DNA of 64,000 nucleotides from Fimbriimonadales bacterium (GTDB lineage Bacteria; Armatimonadota; Fimbriimonadia; Fimbriimonadales; ATM1): NCBI GenBank assembly GCA_041744215.1, contig JBGTLG010000041.1, positions 160,001 to 224,000 of the forward strand, read 5' to 3'. Shown piece by piece: positions 58,796 to 64,000 of this stretch (position 1 is its first letter; each line of letters starts with the position of its first letter). The notes under the pieces were generated by a model. It saw only the letters and a program-made list of their open reading frames with translations, ran no database searches and was not told where the DNA came from. The position numbers and the translations under genes were made by a program.

Positions 58796-59350
58796 ATGCT
58801 GGGTGGCTGGGACGTCGCAATCTTCCGCTGGATCAACGACGGCTGGGCGTCGCCCGCGCTCGATCCCATCTTCTGGTTCTTCAGCCTCGGAATAAAGGGT
58901 TGGCCGTTGAGGATTTTTCTCATCGGGCTCGCCGTCTTCTTGCTCGTTCGGGGTCATGCCCACCGCATCGCCGCGCTCGCAGCAATCGCCGCAGCGGGTC
59001 TCGCAAACGAAATGTGCGACCTCGCTAAATGGGCCCACTTCGGATGGAGACCGTCGGCAGACCTACCAGACGTTCGCATTCTTGGCGCAGCGTTGACAAG
59101 CTCCGGGACGATCAGCGCGCACTCCGCCAACATGGCTGCAGTCGCCGTCGTCTTCTGGTGGAGGCTCGGTCCAAAATGGGGGATTCCTTGGGCCGTGGTT
59201 GCATTTCTCACCGGCCTCTCGCGAATCTATGTGGGTGCCCACTATCCGTCGCAGGTCCTCTTCGGATGGACCGCCGGAATCACCGCTGCCTCGATCATCT
59301 GCGCTGCCATCCTCCTCATCGAAAAGCGAACGCAAAAGAAAGCGGGATAG
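58796..59350 (+). CDS. PAP2 family membrane phosphatase
   Basis: K…RP, SAH, SRIYVGAHYPSQV. Confidence 0.88.
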   Translation: MLGGWDVAIFRWINDGWASPALDPIFWFFSLGIKGWPLRIFLIGLAVFLLVRGHAHRIAALAAIAAAGLANEMCDLAKWAHFGWRPSADLPDVRILGAALTSSGTISAHSANMAAVAVVFWWRLGPKWGIPWAVVAFLTGLSRIYVGAHYPSQVLFGWTAGITAASIICAAILLIEKRTQKKAG

Positions 59351-59414
59351 GACGAACTGTTTGCCGAGCGGACGGTATACATATGTTCGCGAACGGAGGC
59401 TACGCCAGCCACAT

Positions 59415-60032
59415 TTATCGTGCCGGCAGCAGCTCAAAAGCTGCGGTTAGACGGCTGAAAACGTAGTCCCACGAGGGTTCGTCGTCTTGGGTCGGCAACG
59501 TTTCGCTTACATGCGGGAAGCTGTCGATGAACCTCAACTCGACCGCTTGGACAATACCGTGCTCCTTGAAGACTCCGCGTACGGCGTCGGGTTTGTTTGT
59601 CCAGACCTTCAAGTATTTTGTTTGATGGACGAAGACCTCTTCCGTAATGCCTCCAACTTGGAACATCACGCCAAATTCTAAGAAGCCGTCGTTTTCCAAC
59701 TCATAGACATAGGGCTCGAAAACACCCAGTGCTGCATCTCGATCGGTGTAGTGGCCAAAAACAGGTTGTTCGCCCTTAATGCCAACAATCGGAGCGGCGA
59801 TGTCTGGTAACAAGGCGACGGCAAGCGCTCGGAACACCTTGAAGACTTCTGGCGCGTGGGCGTTCGCCTCGAAATACGCAGAAAACCCTTCGCCGCCTTG
59901 TTCGTGCGCCACGTAGCCTGTTGTGATTGTTACGTTTTCGAGTTCGGCTAGCTCCGCCTGATAACCTGCGGGCCATTCATCGTCTCGAGGAAAGCGCACA
60001 CCCTTTGGAAAGACTAATGGCTCAGTGACCAT
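59415..60032 (-). CDS. Hypothetical protein
   Basis: 205-codon ORF. TATGAT 6 nt upstream of ATG 60032. Confidence 0.7.
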   Translation of the reverse strand: MVTEPLVFPKGVRFPRDDEWPAGYQAELAELENVTITTGYVAHEQGGEGFSAYFEANAHAPEVFKVFRALAVALLPDIAAPIVGIKGEQPVFGHYTDRDAALGVFEPYVYELENDGFLEFGVMFQVGGITEEVFVHQTKYLKVWTNKPDAVRGVFKEHGIVQAVELRFIDSFPHVSETLPTQDDEPSWDYVFSRLTAAFELLPAR

Positions 60033-60418
60033 AGCCAAATCATACTTCGATGTCGAGGTGGATAGGCGATCGTTCAGGACTGCAATTCTGGGCGCCGCGG
60101 ATCGCACGGTCGGCAACATTCTCACCCGGCGGCGGAGGAACAGGTTGACTCTCTGCGCTCTCAAGACTTAACCGGCAGAGACCCTGCACCAGAAAGATGA
60201 GGCCAGCGACTCACAAAGCGCAAACTAATCTGAGTCGATGAACTCAAGGGACCTCGTTAACAATGTTAAAACGTGATGAGTTCGATGACTCCGAGGACTC
60301 CAATGAGTCCGATGAGCCGTTAACATTCGGTCGTCAACCAAGCAATGAAAAAAGACCGCATTCGGTTCACAAGGCAGACGATCGAGAAGTGGGATGATAG
60401 CTTGACCCGATTGAGAAT

Positions 60419-60952
60419 CTATCGCGGCACGGTCTGAGGACCTTCGAGCTCAAGGTTCCCCAATCCCTGCGCAGGACTGCCGTCTTCGAAAAACTCAACG
60501 GTTTCTGCATCGCTGTTATCGCGGACCGCTCTGAAGATGCCTTCGAGCAGAACCTGCTCGTCGTCAGTCCCATAGCCTCGCGTGAAGAGGTTGGAAAAAT
60601 CGAGCCGCAAATTCGCGCCATCGCGGGTCGTCTTCACAAGCCGCGCATCAGGAGCGATGTTGCTCGCAACAAAAAAACGATTGACCGCATCGACGACAGG
60701 ATCCTTGCTCGTCGCAGGTTTTGTCTCTTCCCGCCACTCCACCTTCCCGCCTTGCTCAAAGGGAACGGACACTTTGACCTCGCCCACAGGCGGCGCCTCC
60801 GGACCTCCCACGCCCGGCCCGCCATCCTCGTGTCCTCGAACATCCTTCGGCGGCCCCGTTGCGACGTAGTAAGCCAACCCGACGACCACCGCCACCGCCG
60901 CGACAACGCCAACGATCGTCCAGGTCGCTCTACCCTCTTCGTTTTGCTTCAT
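60419..60952 (-). CDS. GerMN domain membrane-anchored protein
   Basis: N-terminal TM helix, LRLDFS…G.DDE, VEFFEDG. Coupled to the amidase. Confidence 0.78.
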   Translation of the reverse strand: MKQNEEGRATWTIVGVVAAVAVVVGLAYYVATGPPKDVRGHEDGGPGVGGPEAPPVGEVKVSVPFEQGGKVEWREETKPATSKDPVVDAVNRFFVASNIAPDARLVKTTRDGANLRLDFSNLFTRGYGTDDEQVLLEGIFRAVRDNSDAETVEFFEDGSPAQGLGNLELEGPQTVPR

Positions 60953-62519
60953 TGCCTATGTACACCTCGATTCCGCGAACCACTCCTTGGGCGACTCGGC
61001 GTCGGAACTCCGGATCCATGAGCTTTGCGCGGTCAATCTCATGGTTGATATACGCCACCTCCAGCAATATTGCTGGCATCCTGCTGTGCCTTAGCACCGC
61101 AAACCCACCCTGCTTGTAGACCTCCGAATCGCTCCGGGCACCATGATCCGGCAAACCAGTAACCTTCACGACCTCCGCCTGAATGCACTCCGCCAAAGCC
61201 CTGCTGTCGGGATCCTGCATGTGATAGTAGGTGAAGGTCCCAGAAGTTGAATTAACCACACGATTCGAGTTCGAATGGATGCTGATGAACAGGTGCGCGC
61301 CGCCTGCGTTCGCCATTCCAGGGCGGTCGTTCAACTCGATGAATGTGTCGTCTTCTCGGGTCATCACGACGGTTGCGCCCTCTTCGGCGAGCAGGCGCCC
61401 CACGTGCCGGGCGATGTCCAGATTGATGTCCTTTTCGAGCAGCGTCCCCCAATTGGCTCCGGGGTCTTTACCGCCGTGCCCTGCGTCGACCACGATAATC
61501 TTCTCCGCGAGTCCGCCACCCGAATTCTTCGGTCGAGAGATGCGAACCACGAGGTCCGGACCGTTGGCGGCGACATGAATCCCCATGGGTCGCTGCAGTT
61601 CGAATCGGAGCGCCAGCCCACCACCAGGCCGGTCGATGAGGCGGCCGCTCTTGAGTGACCTCGCGGTGAGCTCGGCCATCTGGGCGTTCGGAGCGAGACG
61701 CGCGGTCGGCAGGTTCACCCAATGGATGCCCGCGGGGTCTCGCCGCACAGCAAACGAACCTGGGGTTCCGCCCTGAAACGGTATCCGAATCAGCGTCTCG
61801 TCATCCTCATCCGTCGCAACCACAGGTGTGCCGACCGTCATCGGAACGACCACCGCTGGGCCGGGCTTGTACGGTTCTGGCGGCACCGAGCGGGCTCCGG
61901 TCCAAAAGACTCGGATCGATCCCTCGGGGGTCATTCCGCCTTGCGGGATGATGAGAGAGGAAGTCTGCGCGACGATTCTCACTGTGTTGGGATCGAACTG
62001 CGACATCCTCATATCGCCTGTCGCCGCGGGCTTTCGATCCGGGTGCATCCGGGCGCCCAAAACATCTACAACCACGCGAGGCGGCGAGTCGAGCGTGAAG
62101 ACTTTGATGCCCGCAGGTCCTGCTAAATCCACTTCAACTCCAGAGAGCGTTACGGCGATTCGCTTGACCTCAGAGTAGATCGTGAGCGTCGTGTCCGTTG
62201 TCCACTCGGTGAAACCTCCGGCGGAAGCGATGACCGCTCGCACCGGGATGAACGTTGTCGCCCCGCCCTTTCGCGTGAATGTGTCCACCGACTTTCCCGC
62301 AACGACGACACGGGCTTGAGTTCCTCGGATCGATGCGTTCCAGCCGAGCTTGCCAGCTTCAGCCAACGGAATGAAGCACTCGTCGCCGTGACGCTCTGCG
62401 GAGGAAGAGAACACGATCGGTTGACCCGAAAAAACGACGGTCGCATCTCGTCGACCATCTTGCGCCGCCGCGATTGCGGCGACGACCGACAGCATTACAA
62501 TGGCTGTTCGCCTTAACAT
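60930..62519 (-). CDS. N-acetylmuramoyl-L-alanine amidase (AMIN + Amidase_3)
   Basis: LDSPPRVVVD (AMIN), VDAGHGGKDPGA, LEKDINL, SIHSN, LLEVAYI. Confidence 0.93.
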   Translation of the reverse strand: MLRRTAIVMLSVVAAIAAAQDGRRDATVVFSGQPIVFSSSAERHGDECFIPLAEAGKLGWNASIRGTQARVVVAGKSVDTFTRKGGATTFIPVRAVIASAGGFTEWTTDTTLTIYSEVKRIAVTLSGVEVDLAGPAGIKVFTLDSPPRVVVDVLGARMHPDRKPAATGDMRMSQFDPNTVRIVAQTSSLIIPQGGMTPEGSIRVFWTGARSVPPEPYKPGPAVVVPMTVGTPVVATDEDDETLIRIPFQGGTPGSFAVRRDPAGIHWVNLPTARLAPNAQMAELTARSLKSGRLIDRPGGGLALRFELQRPMGIHVAANGPDLVVRISRPKNSGGGLAEKIIVVDAGHGGKDPGANWGTLLEKDINLDIARHVGRLLAEEGATVVMTREDDTFIELNDRPGMANAGGAHLFISIHSNSNRVVNSTSGTFTYYHMQDPDSRALAECIQAEVVKVTGLPDHGARSDSEVYKQGGFAVLRHSRMPAILLEVAYINHEIDRAKLMDPEFRRRVAQGVVRGIEVYIGNEAKRRG

Positions 62520-62572
62520 AGAACGTCCTTGTTCCTTTTTAGATTGTATCAACCGGCATCCGTGCCGGTGAA

Positions 62573-63475
62573 CTACTTCGTGGCCTTGCCTGTTGCCTCC
62601 ATGGCGTGTTCGGCTATGGCCCGCAGGACTTCGCTCCACCTATCCTGCTCTGCCAATTCTATCTCAACGTCGTCAATTCCGTCCAAGCTGTAGGTGATAC
62701 GGAATGTCCCGTTACCGGCTGGCTGTATCGCCGCCATCGGCATTCCTACATTGCATACGAATTCGGCAACTTGAAGGTCGCGTTCGAGTCCGCCCGGTTC
62801 TCGCTCATCGTCGGGCACAAGCTCGATTCGAATTGGAAGCACAACCGACGAGTCTGGATCCGACGCATAGTTCATCGCAAGAGAAACTTCGATCGTGTGC
62901 CTTGCGGTCGCTCTCGGAAGGTCTGGGCGGTAGCCAGCTACATATCCAAACGGAACCTGATGGTGGACCGAGAGACCGAGGTCGCTTCCGAAGTCGTCGA
63001 CTGCGCGAAGCACTGCCTGCTCGACAGGCGACTTCACGAGGGGAGCGCGCTCTTCCGCGCTGTGCCCTTCAAGCCAACTCAAGATGGAGTCTACGGCGAT
63101 CTTCGCGCCACGATCGTCAAATGTCAGTTTCGCGGCGAATCCAGGGAGTTCCAGCCTGAACACGCCCCGACCTCCAGATTGGTCGGCCTCAATGTAGGGC
63201 AGCTCAATTCGACGGTAGAGGTCCCGAATACCTGCGCTAATCGAGTCTGTCTCGAACACGACGATGGGCATAGCGTCCGGGTCGTCTTCCCGGACGAGCG
63301 CTGCGAATGCTGGCTTGTTCAGTTCAACTGCGAGAGTTGAAATGTCAGGGTCTTCTTGAAAGAGACGTTTCCGGGCGGGTCTCAGCGCGAGCCGCGTGCC
63401 GGGCACGTTTGAAAAGCAGTCGACGACGAGCCGATGCCCGCTCTCGATGATGAGCCTGTTAGGTTGAAATGGCAA
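62573..63475 (-). CDS. Hypothetical protein, possible degenerate DUF2726-like domains
   Basis: SPVEQAVL…VHHQV…IEL…RD…VGMP pattern. Start uncertain. Confidence 0.6.
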   Translation of the reverse strand: MPFQPNRLIIESGHRLVVDCFSNVPGTRLALRPARKRLFQEDPDISTLAVELNKPAFAALVREDDPDAMPIVVFETDSISAGIRDLYRRIELPYIEADQSGGRGVFRLELPGFAAKLTFDDRGAKIAVDSILSWLEGHSAEERAPLVKSPVEQAVLRAVDDFGSDLGLSVHHQVPFGYVAGYRPDLPRATARHTIEVSLAMNYASDPDSSVVLPIRIELVPDDEREPGGLERDLQVAEFVCNVGMPMAAIQPAGNGTFRITYSLDGIDDVEIELAEQDRWSEVLRAIAEHAMEATGKATK

Positions 63476-63616
63476 TAGAGTCTCCGCTTTTTGGTAAGGT
63501 CAGGACAGGACGCCTGCGTCACAGGGCGTAATTCCAATTGGGAGAAAGCATTTTGCCTTGTTTTGGCGTCCCAATTCAAGGAAGCGGCGACGAATATGAG
63601 CCGCAAATGGAGGAAT

Positions 63617-64000
63617 ATGGGAAAAGGCGTGTTCAAAGCTGGCATGGCGGAGGCGCTCGGCGTCTTCTTTTTGGTGTTCGTCGGCGGATCTGCGATTTGC
63701 GTAGACATCTTCTTGACTGAGAGCCTGAGGCAGCCTGGCATCGGCCTCTTAGGCATCGCCTTCGCTCACGGACTCGCTCTTATGGTTGCCGTGTACATGA
63801 CGGCGGGGCTGTCTGGGGCGCACATCAACCCGGCGGTTACCTTCGGGATGGCGGTTGCAGGGGTGATCGATTGGGGCCGCGCGCTCGCCTACTGGGTCTT
63901 CCAGCTCGTTGGCGCTGTCGCAGGTGGGCTCGGTGTTTTAGCGCTCTTCGGGCGGCTCGTCCCTCGCGACGCCATCCCATACCTCGGTACTCCCCGCTTC
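63617..64000 (+). CDS. Aquaporin/MIP family channel (5' part, runs off window)
   Basis: GGAGG SD, MGKGVFKAGMAEALGVFFLVFVGG…GLSGAHINPAVTFG. Confidence 0.92.
   Translation, partial: MGKGVFKAGMAEALGVFFLVFVGGSAICVDIFLTESLRQPGIGLLGIAFAHGLALMVAVYMTAGLSGAHINPAVTFGMAVAGVIDWGRALAYWVFQLVGAVAGGLGVLALFGRLVPRDAIPYLGTPRF

Noticed and set aside
60231-60330. Repeats considered as a CRISPR array
   Set aside because: Units are ~15 nt, degenerate and irregularly spaced, and there are no cas genes.
60263-60400. Small acidic ORF as a Pup/UBact modifier
   Set aside because: Ends in DREVG rather than GG(E/Q) or R(T/S)G(E/Q), and is not linked to proteasome genes.

Overview
A gene-dense bacterial chromosomal window. 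Gene content suggests Armatimonadota (Fimbriimonadales-like), but this is an inference. It is mostly housekeeping: sigH-like sigma factor, cdsA, udg, proteasome ATPase ARC, recF-dciA-comEC, valS, tRNA-Thr, atpDC, mscS, an arsR-copZ-copA copper locus, moxR, hslV, a PhoR-like kinase, an amidase-GerMN pair and a partial aquaporin. I saw no CRISPR array, rRNA, integrase or transposase. The main observations are: (1) an apparent operon at 53.3-56.9 kb with a doubly frameshifted VKOR-DsbA disulfide-forming fusion, a secreted six-cysteine defensin-like mini-protein and a large secreted unknown protein; (2) a DnaA-box cluster directly upstream of recF with no dnaA/dnaN nearby, plus a separate truncated DnaA paralog; (3) an operon of a SecDF-head-like protein, four tandem paralogous exported proteins, MoxR and a PPIase; (4) two paralogous type IV minor-pilin cassettes; (5) a MerR-like regulator and a vWA-T2SSE_N fusion sharing an operator motif; (6) frequent leaderless promoter architecture; (7) a rhodanese gene with an amber stop at codon 3; and (8) several unexplained structured intergenic elements. 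All family calls come from motif recognition by eye, not database searches.
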